Of a stretch of 64,000 nt of DNA, positions 13,568 through 27,588 are shown piece by piece. The notes beneath the pieces were generated by a model. It was not told the DNA's origin. It saw only the letters and a program-made list of their open reading frames with translations, and did no database searches. Positions within the stretch are counted from its first letter, which is position 1. Each line of letters opens with the position of its first letter. The stretch is from Microthyrium microscopicum (Eukaryota), in NCBI GenBank assembly GCA_010405405.1, contig MU004231.1:1166153-1230152 (forward strand). Direction: 5' to 3'. The position numbers were made by a program, and so were the translations under genes.

Positions 13568-14417
13568 ATGGCGTCCCAACCAGCTCTCCAACGCTTAAAA
13601 GGCCACTTCGCAGAATCCGGCAACACACCCGAAGCCTGGTCAGCACTTTGGGAGCAGGACTTCAAGCCGTGGGAACGTAGTACTTCCTCACCAGCTTTGA
13701 TTGATGCTCTCAAATCCCACGCAACACTCCAAGGCGGCTTACGCACCAATGGAACGCGCAAGAAGGCTCTGGTCCCTGGCTGCGGAACTGGTCATGATGT
13801 GATTGTGCTCGCGGACGCTGGCTATGATGCTGTTGGTCTCGATGGCGCAGATCTTGCGATTGAGGCTGGTGTTAAGCTTGCAGAGGAACATAAGCAGGAG
13901 TTGGGAAAGAATGGTGGTAGCGCAAAGTTTGTGAAGGCGGATTTCTTTGCTTCGGAGTGGGAGAAGGATGCTGATGCTCTGAGCGGGTTCGATCTGATCT
14001 ATGACTATACGGTGAGTCAATTGACACGGAGTAGTTGGTTCATGCTGATATTGGTAGTTCCTGTGTGCTTTGAATCCATCTACGCGTCCTGCTTGGGCTA
14101 AACGCATGTCTGATTTGCTTGCTCCAGGCGGTCACTTGGTGTGTCTAGAGTTTCCACTGTACAAGGACCCATTGACAGAGGGTCCACCGTACGGTCTGCG
14201 TGCGGAGACGTATACTCAGCATCTAGCTTCGCCGGGTGAGCAGGTTGAGTACGATGACAAGGGATTTGTGGTTCCCAAGGAGGGTCATAATGATCATGGA
14301 TTGGTTCGGGTTGAGCGTTGGCAGCCGGAGCGTACACATGCTGTTGGTGAGGGTAGTGATCATGTCAGCGTCTGGACTCATGCAAATCCTGGATTGATGC
14401 AGCGAACTCGCTGGTGA
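13568..14417 (+). CDS. SAM-dependent thiol/halide methyltransferase (TPMT-like), 2 exons
   Basis: ALVPGCGTGHDV motif I, GLD motif, ADFF, FDLIYDYT|FLCAL, R.AWAKRM..LL.PGG.L.CLEFP, GPPYG. Intron 14012-14057. Confidence 0.92.
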
Positions 14418-14561
14418 GAGATGGGAAATTTATGGGAGTATTGTGTCCTTTAAATGGCTGAACGCCGATGCTATGTGCTTTGGGGAGGGTTACTTGTCAA
14501 GTTATGTCCCGGGCAATGTGTAGATCAGTCGAACAAAGTAGACTGTCAATGTAGACTTTGT

Positions 14562-15476
14562 TCATGCTTTTTCTTTCACTTCTCTTAGACTGTTGTAATG
14601 TTCGCCGAGTCCAAAGCCATGACGGTAGTATGCCAACCAAATCTTGCGATCGTCTGGTGCATCTCCAATGGGAATGACATTGCCGTCGCCGTGAACGACT
14701 TGGATCTGGACTTTGTATGCATTCGCTAGAGCCATCAACTCAATTTGACCACCCCATTCGCCAGTGTCCCGGATCTTCTGGACATAGGTATCCAGATCTT
14801 CTTCCAGGAATGGAATGAAATCATCAGGGTGCTCAACGATATAGTCCGCAGCAACGTATCGCACAGTCCGAAAGTCATCTGGCAAATCTATAACTGACCC
14901 GACTTTTACTTGTTCTCCGCGCTGCCGTATTTGATCTGCCATCGCTGCATATAAACAATGGCCATCGGCTCGGACTTCTTTTTCTTGCAGACCTCGAGTT
15001 TTGACGATACTGCTCATGCGCTCCTTTTCCTGCGTCTTGAGGTCGGGGAGATTGTCAGCCTCTTCTTGCGCCAATTCAGCTTGTCGCTCTAAATCCGCTG
15101 CTCTTTTTGCCAAACGCGCTTTTGCTCTATTGGGCTTTTTGGGTCCTGGTGAAGATGTCGAGCCAGGTGTTACAGACAGATTTTGTACGCTTGACACAAG
15201 GCTGTCCGCATCGCCAACGGCATTGCCTGCAGATGCGTCCTCCTCGTTTACATCCGTTGTTTCATCGTGTTCCTCAACCTCGTGGACTTGGTCGTTTGCG
15301 TCATCATTCAAAGCGGCGACTTCTTGTGCATGGCGCTCTTGAAGCTCTTTCTCAAGTCTCTCACTTTCTTCATTCACACCTTTTCGTGTCTTTTTGGAAG
15401 CAGCTTTCTTCTTTTGGGTAACGCGAGCCTGCAGTTCTTTTTTCTCTTTACGTTGTTTCGCGAGCAGATCTTCCAT
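14562..15476 (-). CDS. OTU2: OTU domain deubiquitinase (OTUD6/Otu2-like)
   Basis: Basic coiled-coil N-terminus, DGHCLY catalytic Cys, WGGQIELMALA, and YYRHGFGLGEHYNSL His box. Confidence 0.93.
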   Translation of the reverse strand: MEDLLAKQRKEKKELQARVTQKKKAASKKTRKGVNEESERLEKELQERHAQEVAALNDDANDQVHEVEEHDETTDVNEEDASAGNAVGDADSLVSSVQNLSVTPGSTSSPGPKKPNRAKARLAKRAADLERQAELAQEEADNLPDLKTQEKERMSSIVKTRGLQEKEVRADGHCLYAAMADQIRQRGEQVKVGSVIDLPDDFRTVRYVAADYIVEHPDDFIPFLEEDLDTYVQKIRDTGEWGGQIELMALANAYKVQIQVVHGDGNVIPIGDAPDDRKIWLAYYRHGFGLGEHYNSLREVKEKA

Positions 15477-16046
15477 TTTGTAGAGTGGTACTTTTGAGAC
15501 TTTTTGATGGTTTTTCTGTTGCTAGGAAACCACCGTCAAATCAAGGCCGAGGGGTATTTTTGTCACGGACTGCCTCTTATTGGCTGTGACGCCGGCCCTA
15601 ATGCATAAATGGTTAAATGCAGCTGAGCTGTCGGCTCTTTGCAGGGATTAGGCTCTAGAGTAGGCTTAGTGTCACCGTAGCTGCAGTAGCGGATCTAGGT
15701 CGCGGGGGTTTCTTTGGACAACAACACTTCAACAGCCAAGCACTCAAGCAGGATTGTGGGTCGACACACCAGACTCCATCTCCACCATCTGACAATCTTC
15801 TGATTTTCTGATAATCAAGAATTCAATTACAACTTCAACTCTGCTATCGCTCTCACACAATTCAAATTCTTCGCTTTCCTTGTACATATTCATCTGAGAG
15901 CGTTGTCATCTGCAGCTCGACAAACGCCATTGTTTACCTTCAACATGCTGCCCAGATAGGGACAAAGAACCACATCTATCAATCGCTGATCTATACCAAT
16001 CAATCGCTGGTCTACACAGTCAAGATTCCGACCTCTTACGTCCATC

Positions 16047-18485
16047 ATGTCGAATAGTCCTTCGATATCTGCCCCGGGCAGCAGTACATACAACTCCAAA
16101 ACCCTACATGTTGGCGATGGCACCTGGGATTCCGCCCGAGATGATTTTCTGTTGCCCAACTTACAAGGCCTGAACTTTGCCACAATGCAATACAATGGTA
16201 TGATCAGACAATACATATTGTTTGTAGAGGAATGCTGTAGCTAACATTATGTCATAGGGATGGGCAATCGCTTCCAAGATCTCCCCGAATACCACAAGCT
16301 CGTCAAAGGCCACGGAGTCCTCGCAGCCATAACATTCCTCGGCATAGTACCGGCTGCTATATTCATTGCTCGCTTTTACTGGCGCGAACCTCGTTGGGCC
16401 CTACGGATGCATATCTGGCTGCAAATTCTCACCGTGTTCCTCTCCACTGTCGTTCTAGTACTCGGATGGTTCGCAGTAGGACCAAGTCGAAGTCTCACCA
16501 ACCCTCATCATGGAATAGGCGTCGCGATATACGTGCTCATTATGTTCCAGGCGATATGGGGATGGCTAGTCAGAAAACTCGACAAGGGACGAGTGGTGTG
16601 GAAGGTTTCGGTCAAATTAATGCTACATCAATGGGTTGGCCGCGCAACTGCGCTCCTTGCTGTTGCTCAGGTCCCCCTTGGACTCACTCTCTACGGATCT
16701 CCTAAAGTACTCTTCATCCTATACGCTCTTTGGATGTTCCTCTTAGTCACTTTATATTTCTTCTTCTCACATCGATATCAAGCTGGTGGTGGAGGTGACG
16801 ATGGGTCCATGAGTTATTACACGGATGGCACACGGACAGATATCACGACGGATCGCAGAAACCGGCGTTCAAGCGGCGGACATGGTTTTCTTAAAGCTGC
16901 CGCGGCAGGTGGTCTCGCTGCGACTGCATTGGGGCTGTTCAGAAAACAGAAACACGACAAGGAAGAGACAGTAACATCAGTTTCAGACAATCGCCCACAT
17001 GGACATGGTCGTCAATCCCGTAGTAGCTCTTACACTGGATCTTCATACGACGAAAAAGTTGAACATGGCGCTAAAGAGCACACATGGCGTAATCGCATAC
17101 TCGCTGGTGCTGGTGCTGCAGCGGCTTTTGGGCTTGCAAAGAATATGTTTAGTCGCAAGAAGAAAACAGAGGAGGCTTCTCAGGTATCAGACTACACTTC
17201 ACATTCTGGATATACGGGTAGTAGAACGGATGTCAGCCGAATGGAAGAAGGAAGAGTACCAGTCACTCCAAGCAGAACTCGCATACGCCATTCAGAAGAA
17301 GACTTGTCGACTATAGGCCCCGGAGTTCCTGCCGCTGCGGCACTAGGAGGAAGCCCGTCAAGGCATGGTAGAAATAGACTACGGAAGAGTGGCGGTTCTA
17401 TACTCTCTGAAGAGACGGCAGAAAGCTATTACAGCCCTGGGAAAGAAAAAATCAAGCGACGAAACGAAGAAGTCGGGGGAACTATCGCCGCCCTAGGCCT
17501 GGCAGGTTATCTTAAGCACAAATTCGGCCAGCGCAAAGACCGACGAGAAGAGGAACGTATCGAGCGCATCAAAGAAGAAGACCGCGTTCAGGAAGAGCGT
17601 ATCCAGCGCCGCAACTCTAACCGTCGCTTTACGGGCGACGGCCGTCCCTCAGGCGGCCGTCACAACTCCTTCACAGAAAGCGAAGTCACTCCTGTCACAG
17701 GCAGCACACCCGCTCTATCACGACACCACATGTCCCGTCCCGGCGCCGGCGCAGGTGCCGTAACAGCTGCCGCAGCAGCAGCCGAAGTCCTCCACGGCCA
17801 CAACTCTCACTCACAATCTCGTCTCCACCAAGGCAGCCGCATTACCGTCGTCGACGAAGAATCAAACCTCTCCCACCTCCCACCTCCCCCCATCATCGGC
17901 GCACTTAACGACTCCTCTGGCAGTGAAGCCTACACATCCCCCGGCGGCTCCCGCCGCACCCGTCACCACCAAGCTTCCGCATCCTATCCACCGCCTCCAC
18001 CACTCGGCGGCGGCCGCGGTGCTGGCGTAAGTAGTCCTCCGCTCAGCATTAAGATGAAGATGCGCAACGACAATGGCCGCCAGCACGTTACGCTGCGCCG
18101 CTTATCACCCGCTGAAGCTGCCGCCGAGCGCGAAGCTGCACGGCGTGCACGACCTGGGCGCGCAGAGAGTGTGAGTTCGCTAGGCGGTGGCTCTGGCGAT
18201 GAACGCTGGCGGCGCACCGAGGCAAGAGAACGTATTCAGGATGAGGAGATGCGCGCGTCAAGACAGAGTTTAGGCACGCATCCTAGTGCGATGGGCGGTG
18301 GTTCATATGCAGATATGCCACTACCTCCGCCGCCGCCGATTCCGGGCGCGGGGAGCGCAATGTATTCGGGCGATAGTACTGCCGCGGGTAGTGCGAGGGC
18401 GGATAGTAATCGGAGACGCAGACGGGCTGAGCGGGCGAGGGAGGCTGCTGCGGGGCGGAGTGGGAATAAGGTTGAGTTTACGTGA
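16047..18485 (+). CDS. Cytochrome b561-domain membrane protein with a long disordered C-terminal tail, 2 exons
   Basis: Exon 1 (16047-16197) splices in frame via intron 16198-16257. TM helices carry heme-ligand His in GHGVLA, MHIWLQ, PHHGIG and LHQWVG. Arg/Ser/Pro-rich tail. Confidence 0.88.
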
Positions 18486-21400
18486 AAAGGAGGATCTGGA
18501 TGATGAAGCAGAGGGAGGAAGTTAGCATTGTTATGGTTGGGTTTTCGTACAAAATTCGTTTTCTTGTATAGTATTGATGCATGTATGGCCGGTTGGTATA
18601 GATCGGGTGCAATGAAGATGATGAATTTTCTCTTTGATCTATTATTGTTTGTGCTGTGTTTGGTGTAGCAGACGTGATGGTGAATCAGTCGGTAAAGTTA
18701 AGTAAACCTATATCTGCGCTGTGTAAGAGTGAATAAAGGTTTGGTTTTGCTATGCCCTCGCTTCAAAACTGTTTATGGCTTGGCTTTTACTTATTACTTT
18801 GACAGCAGGCGATAGCGAACCAGTGGTCAGAGCGAATGACAGCTATATGTGTGTCTCGTAAGGTCTACTACAGTTATTCTCAGTATGTGAAATTGGGGGT
18901 TTGGAGGCAGACGCTGGCGAAATGGCGGATAAGGCGAACGGTACCTATATCTGTTGTACATAAGATCTAGTATATAGTCGTTGATGTGCGCTCGTTTCGA
19001 AGTTGTCTATCGCTGTTTGTGTGATTCAGCGATGAGCTGTAAGCTCACAAGCTATTGTGTGCCAGTGTAAGGGGGCTGTTTGAGTTGGACTCCAACGCCT
19101 CGCTTTTCTCAGAAAAGTTGACCATTGATACATCGAGTTCCGCACTCGATGAGAAACGAGAAACAGAGTCGTCAGCTCTAGAATGCTCTCATGAGAGCAC
19201 ATGGCGGCCAGTGAAGACGGCTGGCTGCATGGCAAATGTAGCTGATACCGCATTGATCATCGACTGTGGTACAACGGCCACTATACCGGGCTCAGGAGCA
19301 TAAAGATTGCACCTGAATTCGACCAGTGAACCACTGGAACGGGAAAGAACGAGCTTTTTGCATGGTCCCAGCCCAAAATCATACAGTGATGTGCAGTTTT
19401 TGCACACTCAAAGCCAGCGGCGGCTTCAACTAAGCCATCAGAGAGGTATACGGGCATGAAGTACGCAATGAGGTTTTTCCTCCGGATCAGGAGTGCCGAA
19501 TAAAGATGTTTCTTGCAGATTGTTCGTAAGTCTAGGCTAGACTTGCTGCCAAAAAAGTTCCAATTAAGGCGCCCTGCCAGTCTATTCGGCCCTTTTATTA
19601 TGCTCTGGTGGTCACCTGTGGGCATGACCCCCTGAAGGCTTTACCGAGATCAAGTCCAATCCATGAAGTCTCGAGGCGAAGAAGATGTTCTGGCGATACG
19701 CGAGGCGAGGCATCAGGGAAACACCGATATCTCATCGATCGTAATCTTAGCCTCCGATAGCAACCATAGCAGCCGGAATATTCGATCTTCAGCCCCTCTC
19801 ATCTCCGAAAGAAGGTTGTAGCAAACTCCACTGTCATATACTAGCTGCAATTATTCAAAGCCAACGTCTGAGATGAATGTAAAAGATGTGGCCATCACGG
19901 AAACCGGCTAGGAGCTTCCGCTGGCCATGCGAATCCACACTACTTGGTCAACTTTAGTGGACATCAGAAGGGATCCATCCCATTGCCGGCCCGAGCCCTT
20001 GTCACGAAGACCAAGCTACAGGTTGACGCAATCAAGAGGCACCGTCCGCGGTCAAATAACGACGATCGGAGTTCTAGTATTGGGTATGTCTTCGGCTCAC
20101 CGCTCAGAGCCTGGACAGGTACATATTGCCTGCGTCCACCCCTACCAGTCCTGACACAGCAATCTCAAAGGGCTTGATCATACAGTTGTAACGGATTAGG
20201 GAAGGTATTCGATTCAAGCACGGCCATGATCGTACAGTATATTGTTGTAGTGTGGAAATAACAGGCCAAGCTGGTGATCATCTCGCTATTGCCTTGCGGA
20301 AGGATTTGGCGCTCGCTAGCCTTTCCGCAAATGTCCACGTTGAGAGGCTGAAATGCAATTTTAGCTTGGATACCGCGTGGCTTCTGCATAGCGAGGACCT
20401 TTAGTTGAGACCTGTGGCAGCTTCTATTACTTAGCCACATGGTGGACTTTACAGAAATAATAGTGTTCCCGCTGTGCCGGGAGTAATAGCGTCCTTCAGC
20501 CAAGGTAAAACAAATAGGCAAGGGGAACTGGCTTACTACCAAGACTCAAAAAGATCCCACGTTCCATGTGGCGTATGTCCAACGTTCCTCAAGACCTTGG
20601 AGTAGAATCAGGGGCCCACAAGGCCTTAGGTCGCACGGGGTTGGCAGTAGAGATCGCAACGACCCCCCAATTCTCCTCTGGCCCTTGACATTAGCCACAT
20701 GCGTAGGCATTTCACGAAGGCTTCCTTAGACCGCGTGCTTGACGTTTACTAGTTCAAGCTCTCAATAGTTTCACAAAACTGGTCATAGAGCTGGAATTTC
20801 CGATAAAACCAAACAGTCCAAACAGGATCAAAAACCTGGGGCTTTGCTCATACAGATTTGGACTTGTCAAGATAAAGCTGAACGCTGCGATTCTATCATA
20901 GTAATCTCGAGTTCAATACTTACTCAGCTGAGGTACAATTACAGAATTGGGAAACTGCTTGAAGGAGGTGATGTGCTGAAATAGATACTAGCTGAGGCAA
21001 TGATGGCGGATCGAAATGGATTTGTTTCCAGGAAATCGTTCAGGCACCGTCAGGTGCCGGCGACCTACTTTTGGATCATGAACGACTGTAGTTCGCTCGT
21101 GAACCATCCTTTGACCTGAGCACACAGCCCAAGGGAGCCAAAATGACCAAGCAAGTTTCAGAGGCGTCTATAGTGTAAGAATCAGAAACTAGCTGTGAGA
21201 TGATCATGTAGGTAGCTTGGTAATAAGACTATTCTAGTGTAGATACGGTCTCCACTAGTTAGCAACAGTCTACAGGACACCTTATTACCGGCACGACTGG
21301 TAGCTTCATCATGATCATTGAAGTCGTTCGGTAATTCGGGCTCACTGCCCTACATGTTCATCTGTTGGTGCTTAAGGAAAAGTTTCAAACAGTGTGCTGA

Positions 21401-23994
21401 GAATAGATAGCAAACCATAGAAAATGCAAACACGTGTGAAATAGTTTCTTTCTAATAGCGTGACAGCCCACTATTGCAATCACTGAAGGATATTTGGGAC
21501 CTATACCTCATAGTGTCCGTTTTAAGTGGATAGCATAGGTACAAATCCTTTCCTTGTGTGCACTATTTACCAGATGTAGTTGCTTCAATGTCCAGCATAA
21601 AGTTGCGTTCCCCCTGAAATTAAATGCAAAAGCTTTAGTTAATGATTTCTTCAACACGACAGGTAGATCAGATTGATCATCTCCGTCCCCGTCATCTTTG
21701 TGTATTAATTCTGAGGCTCAAATCACTTCCCAGGCTCAGATCACTGGAAACAATTAGGTTTGGTTATCATTTTTTCTTGTGGTCAATATGATAACCCGCA
21801 CGAGGAACGAGGGCATGGTAAATGGTCTATTAGGCTGTAAATTTCGCGACGAATGAAGCATTCGTTGCGAAATCTATGTCGTGCTGTGTACAGGTTTCAA
21901 GACTAACTTCAAGACTACCAATGCGGCTGGCATGGCCCACTTACCCATGATAGGTGGAACAGTGAAACTTGAAACTCCGTCATGACTGTTGATTTAGCAA
22001 ACATTCCCAAAACTAAGTACACAGCCTCGTATCTCTGCGTGAAATGAAACCATCCAAGCGATATGGTTAATGGTATTTCGGAGAACCATTAGATCTGGGA
22101 ATCTAAGTCGACATCATGTCGTTAATCAGCCTTGCTAGCATTAAATTAAGATTCAATTGTCCGAAATTGGCCGACGCTAAAATGATATGTTCTAGTACCG
22201 ATCTGTTGTGCGCTGTAAACAAAGTTTGGATGCGGTTTGCAGAAACCTGACCACTTCTGCAGTCAGTACGGTCACTTTGACGGAAGACCCGATAGTGAGG
22301 GATTGTGAGGTTGAGGCTTTGATCTTCTGTCACGATTACCTTGACCATGTTTGTAAGCCCGGGTCATGGACCTGGCAAGCATTGAATGCTGGAGTTGATT
22401 CTTAGATCGGAGGCTAGAAAGTAACCCTGTTCCACGTTGCTGGTGGTCTGTTTGAACTTCGGCGTAGGAGTATACGCTCAGGCTCAACATTCAAGCAGCG
22501 GAGTATGTAGTAAACCTTACGGTGTTGATGCAAGACCAGTCCTTTCCCACTATGATTGGACAGAAACTTCCAAGGTCGTTGAGGGCTGACAATACCATGC
22601 TGCAAGTCATCTGTACTTTATTTAGCTTATCCACTGAAAATTGGCATTGAAGAAAATGGTGCAGTAGTCTTGGTCGCTTTCTCAATAGTTCGGTGCCTCG
22701 ACATGCTCGTGCTTCTCTTCTATGGTCAAGTTCATGATATTTGGGCTTATTGATTCTAGCTACGGTGGCTTTACATTATTGGCAAAGCATCCCGCTGATA
22801 TATATTTATTGACGATGCTAACAGTTCCGTTCGAGAGCATGGCAATAACAACAGTTGGGGGTCATCGAGATTTCACTGCTCTACATTTTGCTACCAAACT
22901 TTGTAATGACACAGAACGAATCAAACAATAGGATCATTTGTTTCCTTGCATAGGTTCAAAACATTCCAAGAAACAACAATATGAGCAGGAGGTGGTTAGT
23001 TGTCATGTTAGTCATGATAGGAAAACAATCCCCACCGATTATCAAAGCAATCCCCACAGCAGGTACGCCACTGAAACCCAAGTTTAGCTGTGTACAATAT
23101 GACGAGCCCTGAGATGTTAGATCTTTAGCTTCAAAGGCCTAGCTTGAGAAATCAAACCTCCTAAATTCTTAATCGACATGTGGCGGATGCTAGATAATGC
23201 GCCGACACATTCTGGGCTTGAAATAAACGCCGAGTGGCTAGCCTGGACTTGCATGATATGCGTAAAACCACCGCAACTGTATGTCAATAGGTAGTATTAG
23301 ACTAGTATGGAACGTTATTCTTTTTCACTCCTGGTCGTTGGCCAAGATCGTGTTATTTTGAAGGAGGAGACCCTAGAAGCGTTGACTCCAGCCAAACAGA
23401 CTGGAAGCGTAGTATCGAATTTCCTAAAGTTCTATGACAGGGTTGACTTTGATGCTCCCGTCTCCCGCTGCCCTGGACAAGAGCTATGTGCACATATGGT
23501 TCTTCCCCGCAAGACTGAACAGGATCGGGCCCTGAGATGATTCGTATAAACCAACCTGCGGAGGTTGTCAAACAATGAAGACTAGCGACAACTGCAATTA
23601 GGATCGGTTTGAGCTGGCAGATACCTGGACAACACGTTTTTGGAGGTAGACAATTCAACTTAACCACCCATCGCTCCAACCATGTCCATAGACGTATCAA
23701 ACCTTTCAAGCAGATTTTCGTATCTTTTTGTCTCACGGTCCATCAAGGTCAATCCATCCAATCGTTGCGAACCTCCTCAGGGTGGTATCCCTAAACTCGC
23801 ATACGATATCATCGCAAAGTTGCCATTTCGCAGGATACAAAGTGACTGAGACTCTTTTCTCTCTACATACTTCAGGGATCTCTGTTAGCGAGTGGGCGCC
23901 AATCAGGCCAACACAGCCTTTCTTGCTTTCCTTTCGACTAGCCATCGATCTTCTTTGGCCCCAGCAAATCCTCTGCCAATACCAAGAAGTTATC

Positions 23995-25910
23995 ATGTCA
24001 TCTCCATCTCCATCAGCGTCGTCATCGCTAACCAAGCGAGCATGCGATTCAGTAAGTTTTTACCCAAGAAGCAAACGCAGCTGTGTTGAAGCTCACCCCG
24101 GCTATCAGTGTCATAGGCGAAAAGTAAAGTGTCTGCCGATAGGCGAAGATGCAAAGCCTTGCCGAAACTGCATGGCAGCGGGCCTTGAGTGCACATTTTA
24201 CAACAAGGCCCAGAAAAAAGGACCGAAAGGAAGCAGAGCCAAAGTGTTATCTGAGATTCGCGAAACTCAAAAGTATTTCTCCCCCAGGCCGTCATACGAT
24301 GGAGTTCCCACGGGCAGTCGGTCCGAATCGCCATCAATATTTGATCGCACACCTGGCCTCCTCACCCCAAATCTTCTGGACGCTTGCGTAGAGTATTACT
24401 TCAAACATCTCTATCAAAGCCAGCCGATACTCCATATACCAGGCGTATTACAATGCATAGCATCTATAAACCACTCGATAGAGGCTTACTGCCAGATGAC
24501 AGCACTCTGTGGTTATGTTCTCCTGCAGCCTCAAGCGCTCTTGCCTCCAACGATGCGGTCAGGGGCCGAACCAAACGAATATTCCCATGAACGTTTGGCT
24601 CGTCTCTTGATAGACGAAGGTATGTTATTAGCCCAGGAAGGAAGACAGATACTAAGAGCCAAAGCAATGAGAGTTAGGAGAAGTTACGAATGGTCGGAGC
24701 GACCGCAAATCACGACAATATGTACCAGCTTCTTTATCTCTCGATGCTTTCACTGTTTAGACCGTCAAGATACAGCTTGGATATATCTACGCCAAGCAAC
24801 GACACTTGCGCATGTGCTAGGTCTTCACAATGAGGAGACTTACTCTCACGGATTGGACGCGGAAAATTGTGCCAAGAGGAAGCTCTTTTGGACGCTCTTC
24901 GTAAATGAGAGGTATAACGTCCTACGAGATACACGAGTCACATAGACTAATCAGGACATAGGGCGTACGCTGTGAAAATGCACCGTCCTCTGACGTTATA
25001 TCCTACGATACAAATGCCAACGCCCGAGACCGAAACCGAGAACCAGGCGGCAGTTTTTGGGTTCATCCAACTTATCAAGCTCTATCGAATAGTGGATGAT
25101 AGGTTCTTTGCCATCTGGAATCGAAACATCGAGAACGACTCTCCTCACTGGCTCGAAAATGTGCTCAGAACACTCGATGCTCTTGCAACATTGAATCACG
25201 AGCTCCCGGAGCTGTCCGCAATCGACCTAAAGATTTCACGGCACTGGCTTCGTTCGATTGTTTGGCAGCTTTCCCTGGGTCAGATGAGTTTATCATCCGT
25301 ACCTGTGGATAATAACATGATGTACAAAGGCCTGATTGATGCTTGCGGCGAGCTAGTGGAACAAGCTAGCACATTTCCTCTTGTTGCAATGGAGATCCAT
25401 GGCCTTGACTTGGTGTGTGAGACAAAACATTTGATTTCCATTTCACTAACGCGTATGCTTCAGGCCGAAAAACTCTTCGATGTCACCTGCAGATTAGGAC
25501 ACTATCTTTCATTTCTGCCATACAATCTTGTTATGATTGGTCAAGACTATCATCAACGGCTATACAGCATCATAGCATCGCTTTCATGTGCCCAACCGCG
25601 ATTGGTGCCTCTGTTACAAGCAAAGATAGTTCAGCAATCTTCCAGTGTACAAAACTACAACTTCCGTCCTGACCAAAGCATCATTAGGGATAGTTCAATG
25701 CAACACCATATGATGGGTCTTGAGGAGTTGAGCCCAGCGAGCATGGCGTTGCATAGCAATCTGATGGCCCCTTTCATGGATACTCGAGACCAGGGTTATG
25801 CCTCGGGAGTCAGTATGTCTTCAGAGGCATATAGTTCGCGAAGAAACACATCGAGTACAGTTTCAAGCGCGGAGCACGACAGCTACATCCCCTACCGCTT
25901 TGCAAACTGA
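23995..25910 (+). CDS. Zn(II)2Cys6 transcription factor (Suc1/Mal-activator-like), 5 exons
   Basis: RACDS|CHRRKVKC...PCRNC...LECTF...KKGPKG after removing intron 24052-24108. Fungal TF middle homology region (LAHVLGLH, RKLFWTLFVNER|AYA). Further introns approx. 24620-24664, 24912-24961, 25413-25463. Confidence 0.92.
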
Positions 25911-26339
25911 AAACCAAAAGAAAAGGTAATTCATTGAGCTGGCCACGTTGGCTTTTCCCACCTTTGTATTATGGCAGGGATTGTTTGTTTACAGGTTTAT
26001 ATCGGATTTATTTGAATACGGATACCCATATACAATAGATCATTTGTTCTTTGGAATTTCATGAGACCAGATAAGTGACGCTAATGCGGCATTGCCATAG
26101 CATGGCGATGATATCGATGGTTCATTGACACTGACAGTGCAAGGAACCTTCTGCAATCTCTGATAATCATATCGACCGAAACATACTTCTCTGTGCAACG
26201 ATACTCCTATGTCCATATCCGAAAATCTTTAGGCCGTGCATGACCCGCAACTGATCCAGACAGGTATAATACCCGTTATCCACAATGAAGAAGTATTGTC
26301 CAGTGCGCGTTACAAGTCATGCTTTGACAATACTAACAG

Positions 26340-26869
26340 GTAACAGGTAGCTACGACCTCAAGGTTATTTCTGGAGATGGTACCGAGATTTGGCTCGCCC
26401 TAGTGTATGTGCACTATAGCACAACAGCAGTCGCGACACTAGTACGTGGTGGCTAGAATATCCAACCCGAATTGTTACAACACTTGATTAAAGAAGAAGC
26501 AACATAGCAGAGCAAATTTCACAAAAATTCGCATGCTCGACACCCTTTTAGAGACATGGCGTCGGACTTCCAATCAGCTCTTTGCGTGGCCGGAAGTGAG
26601 ACAGATCAGCTTAAGGCCGTATTACGGCTGATCTACGTCGCTTAAGATTGTGCAAAGATAAAAGCGAAGACTGGTTCTGCCCCACAATGCTATCTAATGA
26701 GAAATGGATGGCTCTGATCAATTTGATGGATAAACCGGTCACAGAATCACAGAATCAGACTAACCAGGTAATGATGTGTCCAGAACGATGTGGAGAAAGC
26801 AACGGAGGAGGTAGTAGCTGCGGAATCAACATTCCGAAGATGCTCAATGCGTTGTTTCACCTGCCCTAG
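26340..26869 (+). pseudogene. Possible BTB/POZ-domain gene relic
   Basis: Interrupted frames contain YDLKVISGDGTEI and LKAVLRLIY, which resemble BTB start and helix motifs. Stops are present and the evidence is weak. Confidence 0.25.
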
Positions 26870-27588
26870 CAATTCAAGGCCTCATGGAATTGCAGGGCCT
26901 GATAACCGAGATGCAAAAGGAAAGCACAGACTTATTCTTTCCACGTGTGTTTGTTGACGCAATAGTTTCAAGTTTCTGCAGAGACACGGTGGGAACATGC
27001 GCAACAATGAGTGGCTCTATCTCTTGGATTTATGCCATTGAGAGATAGTTTTAGACTTGATACAGCCGCTTTGATCAGAATATGTCAAAAAACAGCATCG
27101 AATACAACATGTGAACCGACCTCTCCGACCACCATCTTTATGTACATTGTTCGCAACTTGATCGATCAAATGCCCCTATTTCAATCCGTAAATAGGTCAC
27201 TCAGATGTCTTAGCCACTCTTTTTCCAGGCGGGTTTCACATGACGACTGGTTACAGAGGAGGATCAATGTCTCCGAATTGTTTTAGAGCAGGCGGAAGTT
27301 CTGGGCTCCATATCAACGGATCTCGATTGTCTCCTATTTCGCATTAAACATCTGAGGTTGTCGTTGACAAGGCTGAGATTAGATATACAAGGCTGAAGAT
27401 CAAGATTATCTTATCGATTGATCAAAAAGCGAGCTAGGCTCTAATGATCTTAGCGCTGAGCTGCAGACCATCAACAAATCAACCATTGATCGCGTCCTTT
27501 CAATGAAGACATATCGTCATTCCGATGGGTGACCGTCCCATCAATTCCTCAAAGAAGAGAAACATTATCTCGTAACCATACTTGCGAA

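Noticed and set aside
18600..23700. Genes in the 5-kb interval upstream of the C6 factor
   Set aside because: Only short, motif-less ORFs; treated as intergenic.
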